From IMG/VR virus record IMGVR_UViG_3300031918_000005, positions 1-64,000 of that record: a DNA stretch of 64,000 nt. One strand, 5' to 3'. Positions 30,807-39,316 of the stretch are shown piece after piece. Positions within the stretch are counted from its first letter, which is position 1, and the number at the start of each line of letters is the position of its first letter. Origin of the DNA: a virus. The notes beneath the pieces were generated by a model. That model saw nothing but the letters and a program-made list of their open reading frames with translations. It ran no database searches and had not been told where the DNA came from. Both the position numbers and the translations under genes were made by a program.

Positions 30807-31040
30807 ATGAAAAAGCTAAAAATTTTTGAAAGTCAAGTAAGCGATAAAGATTCGGAATACACTAAAAAAGTAAGAGAGGCTAATAATGCTTATGAAGGTA
30901 TTTTTGCTAACATTGATATAGATTTTAATTATCTCAAAGATAATGATAAAACAATAGCAGAAATAAGAACTTTCTTAAATAACACATATGATGTTAACGA
31001 TGAAAAAATACTTAATTATATAAACGATAAGAAATTATGA
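30807..31040 (+). CDS. Candidate internal head protein 1 (MKKLKIFE|S leader)
   Basis: N-terminal leader shared with the next two ORFs; matches the I/V-x-E processing motif. Confidence 0.6.
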   Translation: MKKLKIFESQVSDKDSEYTKKVREANNAYEGIFANIDIDFNYLKDNDKTIAEIRTFLNNTYDVNDEKILNYINDKKL

Positions 31041-31255
31041 AAAAGTTAAAAGTTTTTGAATCTGCTGAAAAAACCTATAAAAAGGAAGATATTGATAGTA
31101 TTGCTAATATCTTGAATGAAGATAAAAGCAGAAAACTTATTGTTGTTTTTAACGATAAATCAAAAGTTGATGTTGACATTACTGCTAATGAATGGGAGCA
31201 AGCGAAAGGTGATGATAAATTAAAAGACTTAGCAATCGAGAAAATAAATTCTTAA
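31037..31255 (+). CDS. Candidate internal head protein 2 (MKKLKVFE|S leader)
   Basis: As above. Confidence 0.6.
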   Translation: MKKLKVFESAEKTYKKEDIDSIANILNEDKSRKLIVVFNDKSKVDVDITANEWEQAKGDDKLKDLAIEKINS

Positions 31256-31275
31256 TTTGAAAAATGGAAATAAAT

Positions 31276-31521
31276 ATGAAAAAATTTAAAGTTTTTGAAA
31301 CCGAAAAAAATACTTCGTTATACAGATTAAGAAATAACCAAGATGCTCAACGAGAATTATCTGAATTAGATAAACTTTCTAAAGAAGCAAGTGACAAAAT
31401 TGAAAATGGTAAGCTATATAGTGATTTATCAGAAGATGAAAAAGCGCAATTATTAAAAATTCATGATAATAAACAAGCAAAACGTCAAGAAATATTTGCA
31501 AAATACGATACTGAATATTAA
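31276..31521 (+). CDS. Candidate internal head protein 3 (MKKFKVFE|T leader)
   Basis: As above; start moved to the second Met. Confidence 0.6.
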   Translation: MKKFKVFETEKNTSLYRLRNNQDAQRELSELDKLSKEASDKIENGKLYSDLSEDEKAQLLKIHDNKQAKRQEIFAKYDTEY

Positions 31522-31529
31522 CTGTGAAA

Positions 31530-31579
31530 AATATAATAATGCCGAAATATAAAAGAATGTATTTCGGCATTATTATATT
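31530..31579. terminator. 20-bp inverted repeat ending the late unit
   Basis: AATATAATAATGCCGAAATA...TATTTCGGCATTATTATATT. Confidence 0.65.
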
Positions 31580-31591
31580 AAAAATAACCAT

Positions 31592-32116
31592 ATGGGCTAT
31601 ATTACAGAGATTAAAATAACAGTTGATTTAAACAACACGCCAAAATGTAAGAAAGAATTACCACAACAAGAATATATAACTTTGTGTGGTTCTACTAAAT
31701 TCAAAACTGTATTTGAAGAAATTAATAAACAATTAACACTTCAAGGTAATGTTGTTTATTCATTAGCTATATTTTCTCATATAGATGGTGTTGTTTTGAA
31801 TGATGAAGAAATAGAAACTTTACACAGTGTTCATCGATGTAAAATACTAAAGTCTAAATCAATTTTTGTTATCGATGTTGATAATTATATAGGTCAAAAT
31901 ACTGAAAAAGAAATAAAATTTGCAAAAGATAATGGTATGAATATTTATTATTTTTCAGATTATTTTTCAGAATTATTAACATTTGAGAAATGGTATGAAA
32001 AAAATGAAGAAAGTATCAATATTGAACTTGTTGAAAATGGTGCAAGTAGAGAAATGGATTTTGATGTAGAGAAAGAATTTGATAAGCGATATGTAAACTA
32101 TGTGATAAATTTTTGA
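31592..32116 (+). CDS. Nucleoside 2-deoxyribosyltransferase-like (Rossmann) protein
   Basis: ITLCGSTKF...H..KI..S..IFVID...YIG..T..EI.FA. Confidence 0.6.
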   Translation: MGYITEIKITVDLNNTPKCKKELPQQEYITLCGSTKFKTVFEEINKQLTLQGNVVYSLAIFSHIDGVVLNDEEIETLHSVHRCKILKSKSIFVIDVDNYIGQNTEKEIKFAKDNGMNIYYFSDYFSELLTFEKWYEKNEESINIELVENGASREMDFDVEKEFDKRYVNYVINF

Positions 32117-32117
32117 T

Positions 32118-32465
32118 ATGAATGAAGGTATAACTCGTTTAGTTTTCAAAGTTGGTAATCATGTTATCAAAATACCAAATTTTAAACACAGTCATTTACA
32201 TTTTCTCAATGGTTGCTACGCCAATTGGTCGGAACGCAATTATTGTAAAATGTTTAAGGATATACCTGAATTTTTACATAAAGTCGCCCCATCTTTGTGG
32301 TGTTCATGGTTTGGACTTGTACAAATTCAGGCATATTGTAAACCTCTTGATAGAGAAATAACTAGAGAGGAACTTGTATATTTTAAAGATGTTAGAAAGG
32401 GAGAAAGGAAATCAACAAACTTTGGATATTATAATGGTAAAGTTGTTTGTTTTGATTATCCTTGA
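32118..32465 (+). CDS. Minimal protein-kinase-like fold protein
   Basis: GITRLV, VIKIP, ANWSE, E.K..NFGYYNG..VCFDY. Confidence 0.5.
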   Translation: MNEGITRLVFKVGNHVIKIPNFKHSHLHFLNGCYANWSERNYCKMFKDIPEFLHKVAPSLWCSWFGLVQIQAYCKPLDREITREELVYFKDVRKGERKSTNFGYYNGKVVCFDYP

Positions 32466-32547
32466 TATATTACACTACAACATACGATGTATTTTCCTTT
32501 AATTCAAGGTATTAAAACGATTTCTAAATCATTAAAATCAAAAGAAT

Positions 32548-32787
32548 ATGAATAAGAACAATCAAAAAGTCAAAACATTTGAATCAATAAATACTGAAAT
32601 CAATTTATGTGACAGTTGTGAATCATCTTACCCAAAATGTGAAGGCATTATAAAATTTGGTAAAAGTACTGGTGGTGATAATATATGTGGATGTACAGAA
32701 TATTCATCGTTACTTCCAAATGATGAAGTAGAAGTTATAGAATTGCTTTTAGATAATGAAGAATTTGAATCACAGTATCAAGTTTAA
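32548..32787 (+). CDS. Small Cys-rich protein
   Basis: NLCDSC...P.C...FG...DNI..C; also has KVKTFES near the N-terminus. Confidence 0.55.
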   Translation: MNKNNQKVKTFESINTEINLCDSCESSYPKCEGIIKFGKSTGGDNICGCTEYSSLLPNDEVEVIELLLDNEEFESQYQV

Positions 32788-32851
32788 CAATAGCTTCAAT
32801 TTAATATTGTGATTCAAATTCTTACAAATATTAACTTAAAACAAACAATTT

Positions 32852-33535
32852 ATGTCAAAAATTAGAAGAAAAGAAGTACTAGATTCACTACAATGGCTTG
32901 GAGAAAAAAATTTTAATGAATTATTTGCTTTTACAGATGCAGATAATAATTATGGTATTGTTGGTATGCTTAACGGCAGAGGTGATGTTGCTCAAATCAG
33001 AACATCTGAAGGTATACTTGATGTTACTCCTTCAGATTGGATTATTAAAAATGAAGAAGGTAAATTTTCAACTTGTACCGACTTCGTTTTTAAATCAATT
33101 TATGAAAATGTTGGCTTATCAAAATTACTTATAGAACCTCAAGATAGAATGTCTATATTACAGGTAATATCAGCAAACACACAAATGTGTGGTAAACAAA
33201 TGCAAAAAGTTATGGATGATATCCAATCCGATAACAAAGAAACAGACTTACAATTTGCTCAATCACAACTCACAGATCATCAATCAATTTATTCACTTGT
33301 TCAGGCTGTGATTACACTTTCCAATACAACGAGTACGGAAACGATGAATAAAACACTTGATAATCATATAGACAGATTGGAAGAAGAAGTTGAGAAAACT
33401 CAAGATTTAGAATTTCTTAAAAAATTACAATACAACATTGAAGCTTGGAAGAAAACAAAAGCTTTGATTTCTGTGTTGAAATTGGAAATACCTGAAGATT
33501 TTATGGAAGTGTGGAAATCTATTCAGAAAGCTTAA
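32852..33535 (+). CDS. Phage protein with PGDYG-like N-terminal domain and helical C-terminus
   Basis: IRTSEG...DWIIKNEEGKF..C...F...YE. Confidence 0.55.
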   Translation: MSKIRRKEVLDSLQWLGEKNFNELFAFTDADNNYGIVGMLNGRGDVAQIRTSEGILDVTPSDWIIKNEEGKFSTCTDFVFKSIYENVGLSKLLIEPQDRMSILQVISANTQMCGKQMQKVMDDIQSDNKETDLQFAQSQLTDHQSIYSLVQAVITLSNTTSTETMNKTLDNHIDRLEEEVEKTQDLEFLKKLQYNIEAWKKTKALISVLKLEIPEDFMEVWKSIQKA

Positions 33536-34190
33536 CGGTATCAAACCCGATTAAAATAACACCTTTTATAACTCCATCCGCTAAATACTTCTTAAGTGAA
33601 GATTTGGCGGATTTTTCATTTTTATAATGATGTTTTATAGATGCAATTATTTCTGAAAGTTCGGCTTGATTATTTGGCGATTCTTTAAGGAAGGCTATTA
33701 TTTGTTCACATGTATACTTGAACTCTGTGTAACACCCACCGTTTGCTTCTCCACCTTGTGAGAATGTTTTTTGACCTTCAAAAAGCTTGAGTGTTTTCTT
33801 GGGTTTCTTCTCTATTACTTCATGGAAATATAATTCAACCTGAAAATCGGTATATTTATTATTAATGGTGAGTATACCTATATTCAAAGCACGACATATT
33901 GATATTATGAAGTCTTTTTTAATTCTCATTACACATTTTTTCGGAACTGCTATAAATGTATAATGAGAAAAATCTGTGTTTGTGTGAGCTTGATAAAATA
34001 CCTTGAGATTTAGATTGAGTTTAAGCTCACAAGATATTATAAGACCTTCAGTATTTCTTACAACGAGGTCGATTTTTCTTGAGCCTTGAGATTTCACTTC
34101 GTAAAACACCTCGCAGTTTGGGAATAATCGACCAAAATAATCAGTTATAGGTTTGGATAAATCAGTTTCCTTAAGTTTTGTTAGTCCCAT
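33519..34190 (-). CDS. DUF2161-like PD-(D/E)xK nuclease-fold protein
   Basis: ETDL..P...EVK..IDLV...ELKL.LNL...QA...IAVP...GG..T. Confidence 0.7.
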   Translation of the reverse strand: MGLTKLKETDLSKPITDYFGRLFPNCEVFYEVKSQGSRKIDLVVRNTEGLIISCELKLNLNLKVFYQAHTNTDFSHYTFIAVPKKCVMRIKKDFIISICRALNIGILTINNKYTDFQVELYFHEVIEKKPKKTLKLFEGQKTFSQGGEANGGCYTEFKYTCEQIIAFLKESPNNQAELSEIIASIKHHYKNEKSAKSSLKKYLADGVIKGVILIGFDTVKLSE

Positions 34191-34924
34191 TTAAAGTGGT
34201 TTATTTTAAAATAATTATACCCACCTATCACACCGTTTAACACTGATATTATTATACCAACTATGATTATTGATATGTAACTAAGTGGATTATAAGGATT
34301 CATCCTCATAGCATTGTCATAGCCTCTACCAAGTCTTGGTCTTTTATTTTCATTTGAAACGGTTTGGGTTATTTTTAAAAATATGATGATGCTTTGGAAT
34401 ATCTTTTTCATTATTCAAGTAATTGTTGTAATCTTGTTATTATCTTGTTATTATTATAATCTTCAACATATGTTTGTATCGATTCCCATACAATTTGGTC
34501 TTGTAATGTTTTACCATAAATATATATATCATCACCGACAGAATTTACGTATAAATTGATACGTAAATTATTCAATTCCAAAAAACGAAGTACCATTTCC
34601 GACACCTCATTTTCCAAAGATTTGGTTAATGGTGTTCTTTCGAGACATTTTATGTTGTTATAAAAATTCACGAAATTATTTCTAATTTCGTGAATCTCAT
34701 TTCCCATTTCTTCAATCAACATCATCATTTTTTGGTATAAAATTTATTTTAAAGCTTATGATTTGACCATCAATTTGTTTTTCCCATTCAACAGTATTAA
34801 CTCGTGATAATTCAACACCAAAGTGTTCAGGAATCAAATTTATTGGTAGAGGGCAATATTCATTGTTGAAAATGATATGTTTCATTGTTTTTACTGATTT
34901 AACAGTTGCGTGCTTTTTAGCCAT
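34181..34924 (-). other. Three hypothetical CDS (34181-34411 membrane, 34411-34728, 34712-34924)
   Basis: Consecutive minus-strand ORFs. Confidence 0.55.
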
Positions 34925-34927
34925 AAT

Positions 34928-35251
34928 TTATTTTTTATGTGTTAATATTCTTTTTCTACCAATAATTACAAGATAAGATTTTCCTGAAAGTTCCACCAAT
35001 TTCATTCCGAAATTTGGTAGATCGTATGTAATAACGCCATTTTCTTCCCAAAAATTACGAATAATATATCCACATTTTTTGTTGTGTGAATATATTATAA
35101 CAACACTGTCATTGATAATTTTTATTGCGCTGATATATTTAACATCAGCGCAAATTTCCATTTTATCATCAATAATTTTATCAACTACAAATGTTTGTGA
35201 ATTACAAACTAATGATATCGATAGCAACAAAAATAATGATAATTTCTTCAT
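34928..35251 (-). CDS. Small secreted protein
   Basis: Signal peptide MKKLSLFLLLSISLVCNS|Q. Confidence 0.6.
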   Translation of the reverse strand: MKKLSLFLLLSISLVCNSQTFVVDKIIDDKMEICADVKYISAIKIINDSVVIIYSHNKKCGYIIRNFWEENGVITYDLPNFGMKLVELSGKSYLVIIGRKRILTHKK

Positions 35252-35254
35252 AAT

Positions 35255-35518
35255 TTATTGTTTAGCAAGGAATAAACTAATAATTTCTGAATTTTGTTTA
35301 TCTTTCAAATCATGTTTGCCAATGAAGTTTAAGAGATTGTTCATTTGTTCAGATTGTTCATGTTTGGTTTTGTAGCAATGTGTTTTGACTTCGTTTTCCA
35401 TACATCTATTAAACAACATTTGCATATTCATAGCAAATCCTTCGGACATACCATAATTGGTAGTAATTTCTTTAGCAACATCTTTAAACGAAATAGGTTC
35501 TGTAATTTTTTTAGCCAT
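35255..35518 (-). CDS. Hypothetical protein downstream of the clamp loader
   Basis: ORF coupled to 35522. Confidence 0.55.
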   Translation of the reverse strand: MAKKITEPISFKDVAKEITTNYGMSEGFAMNMQMLFNRCMENEVKTHCYKTKHEQSEQMNNLLNFIGKHDLKDKQNSEIISLFLAKQ

Positions 35519-35521
35519 TTT

Positions 35522-36511
35522 TTAGTTATTAAGGAGTTTGATAATTGAAAATATTAAAGCCTTCAGACATATACCACCGTCCACTGACATTTTTTGCCTG
35601 AATGAATAATCGGCAGTTAATATAATGATTTCGGGTATATATTTGAGATATTTATCTCTGTCTTTTTCCATGAGATACCCAACGAATTTTTCATCCATTG
35701 ATGTGATGATTTCATCGGCAATAACTGAATATTGTTGTGTAATAATTTTGTGGATTTCTTCAGGCGAGGTTGTTTTTCCCTCAAGTATCAAGTTAAACAC
35801 ATCAACAAATCTCATATCAAAAGATTGTAAAGATTGAGCTGACAAGGACTTAATTCCTGATTTACTAAGCGACTGCAAATAAATCAAAGTTTGTCTAAAG
35901 TCAGGAAAGAATTTGTTGTGAATTCGTTCCAAGTCTTCAGGAACGAATTCTATACCCACTTTGTTAACGATTGCTTTAAATCTAGATATATATCCAGCTT
36001 TACAAATCATTTCTTCTTCAGCATTTAAATGATTGAAGTTGATTTTTTCACAACGGCTTTTTATTGGTTCAGGAACTTTATGGAAGTGATTGGTTGTGAA
36101 AATGAAAGTCACCTTATCTTGGTAAATATCCATAAATCCTTTCAAACCTTCCCAAAATGTATCGGATACAACTTGCCCGACCTCATCAAGTATAATAACC
36201 TTTTTGTTGAAGATTATTTCATCTTCTGTAACAATTTGATTAACATTTACAAATTCATCAATAACCTCTCTAAGGTAGTCAATACGAGCGGATATTGCAG
36301 CATTGACATATAAATGTCGATAATTTTTAGCCAACATTTTAGCAAGGGATGATTTGCCACAACCTTGAGTTCCATAAAAAAGGTAATTACCTGATAATTC
36401 AACAAGCTCATCACCTTGAGTGATGAATGCATCTTTTATCCTCTGTGGTAGAACAAAATTTTGAATCTTATTAGGCTCAAATCTGTCGATAAATAGTTGA
36501 TTTTCTGACAT
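35522..36511 (-). CDS. Sliding-clamp loader AAA+ subunit (T4 gp44 / RFC small-like)
   Basis: Walker A GTQGCGKSS, Walker B IILDE, SRC motif (IKSRC), FPDFR. Confidence 0.9.
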   Translation of the reverse strand: MSENQLFIDRFEPNKIQNFVLPQRIKDAFITQGDELVELSGNYLFYGTQGCGKSSLAKMLAKNYRHLYVNAAISARIDYLREVIDEFVNVNQIVTEDEIIFNKKVIILDEVGQVVSDTFWEGLKGFMDIYQDKVTFIFTTNHFHKVPEPIKSRCEKINFNHLNAEEEMICKAGYISRFKAIVNKVGIEFVPEDLERIHNKFFPDFRQTLIYLQSLSKSGIKSLSAQSLQSFDMRFVDVFNLILEGKTTSPEEIHKIITQQYSVIADEIITSMDEKFVGYLMEKDRDKYLKYIPEIIILTADYSFRQKMSVDGGICLKALIFSIIKLLNN

Positions 36512-36630
36512 ATATTATTTTTTAATGTAAAATTTTATCCAAATATTGGTTTTGCAGATAGAATTTGTATTTGACTTTTATCAATATTTCTAAGTTTTTT
36601 AATAATCGTGTTTTATTTTATATATAATGA

Positions 36631-37092
36631 TTATGAGAATAATCTCATTTTCGTTTTATATAAAATAAAAATATAAATCAAAGCAAACAAAACCAATATC
36701 AAATTGCTTCCTATTGGAGTATCTTGACCTTTCTTGAAAGCTTTTAAATTGAAATCATACTCCATTTCTGAATTTGTAACATAACCATTTGAATTATCAT
36801 CAGAATAACCCCAAACCAAATAATTATTTATATCACTATTGAATAATGTGTAGGTATTACCGTTGGACACAACTAAATCGCCAGCATAGAAATTATTGTA
36901 ATTATAAACCTCATCATTTATGTTTATAAATCCAAGTATTTTATCACCATTGATATTGTAAGTATCATAAGATAAACTGTTTATATTATAAGTGGAACCA
37001 AGCATTATATTGTTCGATTCTTGAGAATATGATTCTTGAGAATAATTATCATATTGTGGTTGGTATGTGCTTATTGATGCCATTGTGACCAT
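36631..37092 (-). CDS. N/Y-rich protein with C-terminal TPIG-hydrophobic-basic anchor (PID-CTERM-like)
   Basis: DTPIGSNLILVLFALIYIFILYKTKMR. Confidence 0.45.
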   Translation of the reverse strand: MVTMASISTYQPQYDNYSQESYSQESNNIMLGSTYNINSLSYDTYNINGDKILGFININDEVYNYNNFYAGDLVVSNGNTYTLFNSDINNYLVWGYSDDNSNGYVTNSEMEYDFNLKAFKKGQDTPIGSNLILVLFALIYIFILYKTKMRLFS

Positions 37093-37113
37093 ATTTAAAA
37101 ATGTAATAATTTA

Positions 37114-37458
37114 TTAAAATAAACTTAGTTCACCGCTTTTGGAAATTATAAACTCTTTGAGATAATCGCCGTGACATGTTTTTGGTTTACAATAACACGC
37201 AAGATTGATTTCTTGACCTGATTTATACAATTTTATAAGTTTATCAACTCGTTCTCTCAATAATATATCAGTTTGATATCTTTTGTTGAAATATACTTTA
37301 TATTTTTCAATTGCCTCATGTCTTGTAGCACAAGCAAATTCCACACGCACACCATTTTTATGTGAATACGGATTACCAAATACTTTACCTCTACCAATAT
37401 AAACTAAATTCACCAAATCTTTTGGCATTGTATGTATATTAACAACATTTATAGACAT
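37114..37458 (-). CDS. DUF4326 domain protein
   Basis: VYIGRG..FGNPY...NLACYCKPKTCHGD.L. Confidence 0.85.
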   Translation of the reverse strand: MSINVVNIHTMPKDLVNLVYIGRGKVFGNPYSHKNGVRVEFACATRHEAIEKYKVYFNKRYQTDILLRERVDKLIKLYKSGQEINLACYCKPKTCHGDYLKEFIISKSGELSLF

Positions 37459-37460
37459 GC

Positions 37461-38348
37461 TTACTTACCTCTAACTTTTGGATACTCATACACTTTATTT
37501 TTTGATTCAAATATTTTTCTAAGGTTTTTTGTTTCACATTTTGTATGCCCTAAAACATAAGCATATTTGTGTTTACTCCCAACTTTTCTTTTTTCACATG
37601 ATAATTGATATTGCTTTGCCAATGTTCGCACCGTCAATTCAACCCCATCAGGCATTAAATGAAAATTCATTTTATCACCTTTTGACCATAAATCATTCCA
37701 TAATATACCATTAGATTTAGCAATTCTTTTATATACACTTCTACTTCTGAAGTATCTATCAGAAACCCATCTACCATTTTCAAGTTTGAATTGACAAGAT
37801 GTACCTGAATTTTTACCAACATAATAGAAATTACACGCCTGATATATAGTACCAAGTTCTTTTGCTTCTGTATCTGAATAAGCTGTGAATAATCTGAATC
37901 TAGTATTATTAACCATCCAATTTATAGAAAATGATATTAATTTACTAGCCAAATTTTTTGGTGACCATGATATACAAGCACCTCTGCTTATGAGCCTTTC
38001 CAATTTTTTAGTATCTTCACCAAGCATTTTACTAAAAGCATTAGGCATGTCCATTATAACAACACCAGCAAGTATACCATTATATCTAGCAGTGAAAAAA
38101 TGTGTTGGTCGGAAAGACATTCTACCAAGCCATTCATGCTTTTCAATAAACGCTTTTATTTCTTTTATTGAAATCTTTTTCTCCTCAAATTGAAATGTAA
38201 AATCCGATATTTTTAAATCCGATACTTGATATTTTGTTAATCCAGCTTCTTTTAAATCATTTTCATGATTATTAGTCCTTATAACATATTGCCAACAGTT
38301 ATCTTCATTATAAGATAACGAAGATAACCTTTCATTTATATCACTCAT
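37461..38348 (-). CDS. Mom-like (GNAT-fold) DNA adenine modification protein
   Basis: FIEKHEWLG; LISRGAC.SWSPKNLAS.LIS; AYSD....LGTIYQACNFYYVG; KHKY.Y. Confidence 0.7.
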   Translation of the reverse strand: MSDINERLSSLSYNEDNCWQYVIRTNNHENDLKEAGLTKYQVSDLKISDFTFQFEEKKISIKEIKAFIEKHEWLGRMSFRPTHFFTARYNGILAGVVIMDMPNAFSKMLGEDTKKLERLISRGACISWSPKNLASKLISFSINWMVNNTRFRLFTAYSDTEAKELGTIYQACNFYYVGKNSGTSCQFKLENGRWVSDRYFRSRSVYKRIAKSNGILWNDLWSKGDKMNFHLMPDGVELTVRTLAKQYQLSCEKRKVGSKHKYAYVLGHTKCETKNLRKIFESKNKVYEYPKVRGK

Positions 38349-38919
38349 TATTTTTATGCTTATAATAACTTACTGGATTACAGTTTGTACAGATTTCAGA
38401 TCTTTTCTTTCTTTTATTGTATAAATTTGTTGTGAATTGTTCGTCACATTTAGGACAATAATATTTATGCCTACCATTACCACAGTATTCTATATACTTA
38501 TATCCTCTTTCAACATATCCATCATCTACAAGCATTTGTTTCCTCAATACCTCGATTTTGTTTTTATATTCTGATGAAGATGTGTAATTTTTGGTAAGGT
38601 ACTTTGAATATGTTGAGATTTGTTGAGATATCTGTACCATTTCATTTTTCATTGGATTATCAACCTTAAACTTTTTGAGTGAAATAGATTTGAAATCAGT
38701 TTTATATTGATCTGATTTGAAATAAATATATTGACATTCTTTTGAGCAATATATCTGATACTTTCCATTTTTCCATTTTAGTACATTACCACATATCGGA
38801 CATTTTGATATACTGTAATTGTTCGTTGATTTATGATATGCTATTTGTTTATGCGTAAGCGTTCCATAACATAAAAATAAATCATTAAGTTTTACATCAA
38901 TATCACTTACTTCCGCCAT
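38341..38919 (-). CDS. Truncated member of the Zn-finger endonuclease family (no nuclease domain)
   Basis: QIAYH..KCPICG..YCSKEC, KKFKVDNPM repeat, CPKC...CTNCNP, then stop. Probable start MAEVS. Confidence 0.6.
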   Translation of the reverse strand: MAEVSDIDVKLNDLFLCYGTLTHKQIAYHKSTNNYSISKCPICGNVLKWKNGKYQIYCSKECQYIYFKSDQYKTDFKSISLKKFKVDNPMKNEMVQISQQISTYSKYLTKNYTSSSEYKNKIEVLRKQMLVDDGYVERGYKYIEYCGNGRHKYYCPKCDEQFTTNLYNKRKKRSEICTNCNPVSYYKHKNNE

Positions 38920-39136
38920 AATTTTGCTTGATTTCTTCACAAATGTTATTAACAACTATATTAATTGTATCAAGGTCTATACAATTAGAATGCTCTTTTA
39001 CCAAAATCCCACCATGATATCTATAAAGTGATTTTGCTTCGGCATCTGCAACAAGTGTTATTCCATAACCAAAATCAAATATTATTTTTTCAATTTGATT
39101 ATTCTCTCCATTTTTAACAACTTCTGATTTCCACAT
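38903..39136 (-). CDS. Hypothetical protein
   Basis: First gene of the minus-strand unit. Confidence 0.55.
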   Translation of the reverse strand: MWKSEVVKNGENNQIEKIIFDFGYGITLVADAEAKSLYRYHGGILVKEHSNCIDLDTINIVVNNICEEIKQNYGGSK

Positions 39137-39286
39137 AATAAATTTGGTTTAGTTATTATTTAATTATTTATATATTTGATAAATAATTATTTTCATTTTC
39201 AAATTTGATATCTATATGTGGAAACTTCATTTTTCAGGTATATTCAGGTGTTAATAATTTAATTATATATTAAATGGACATAATAA

Positions 39287-39298
39287 TAAATAATTAAA
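39287..39298 (+). promoter_or_regulatory. Candidate late promoter TAAATAATTAAA
   Basis: 18 nt upstream of the prohead protease start. Confidence 0.55.
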
Positions 39299-39316
39299 TT
39301 AACATTACTTTTAATT

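Noticed and set aside
32852-33535. Known anti-CBASS/Thoeris sponge (Tad2/Acb)
   Set aside because: The motif fits the common DWIIK..G.F..C...F..YE phage domain; I cannot match it to a characterised sponge family without a search.
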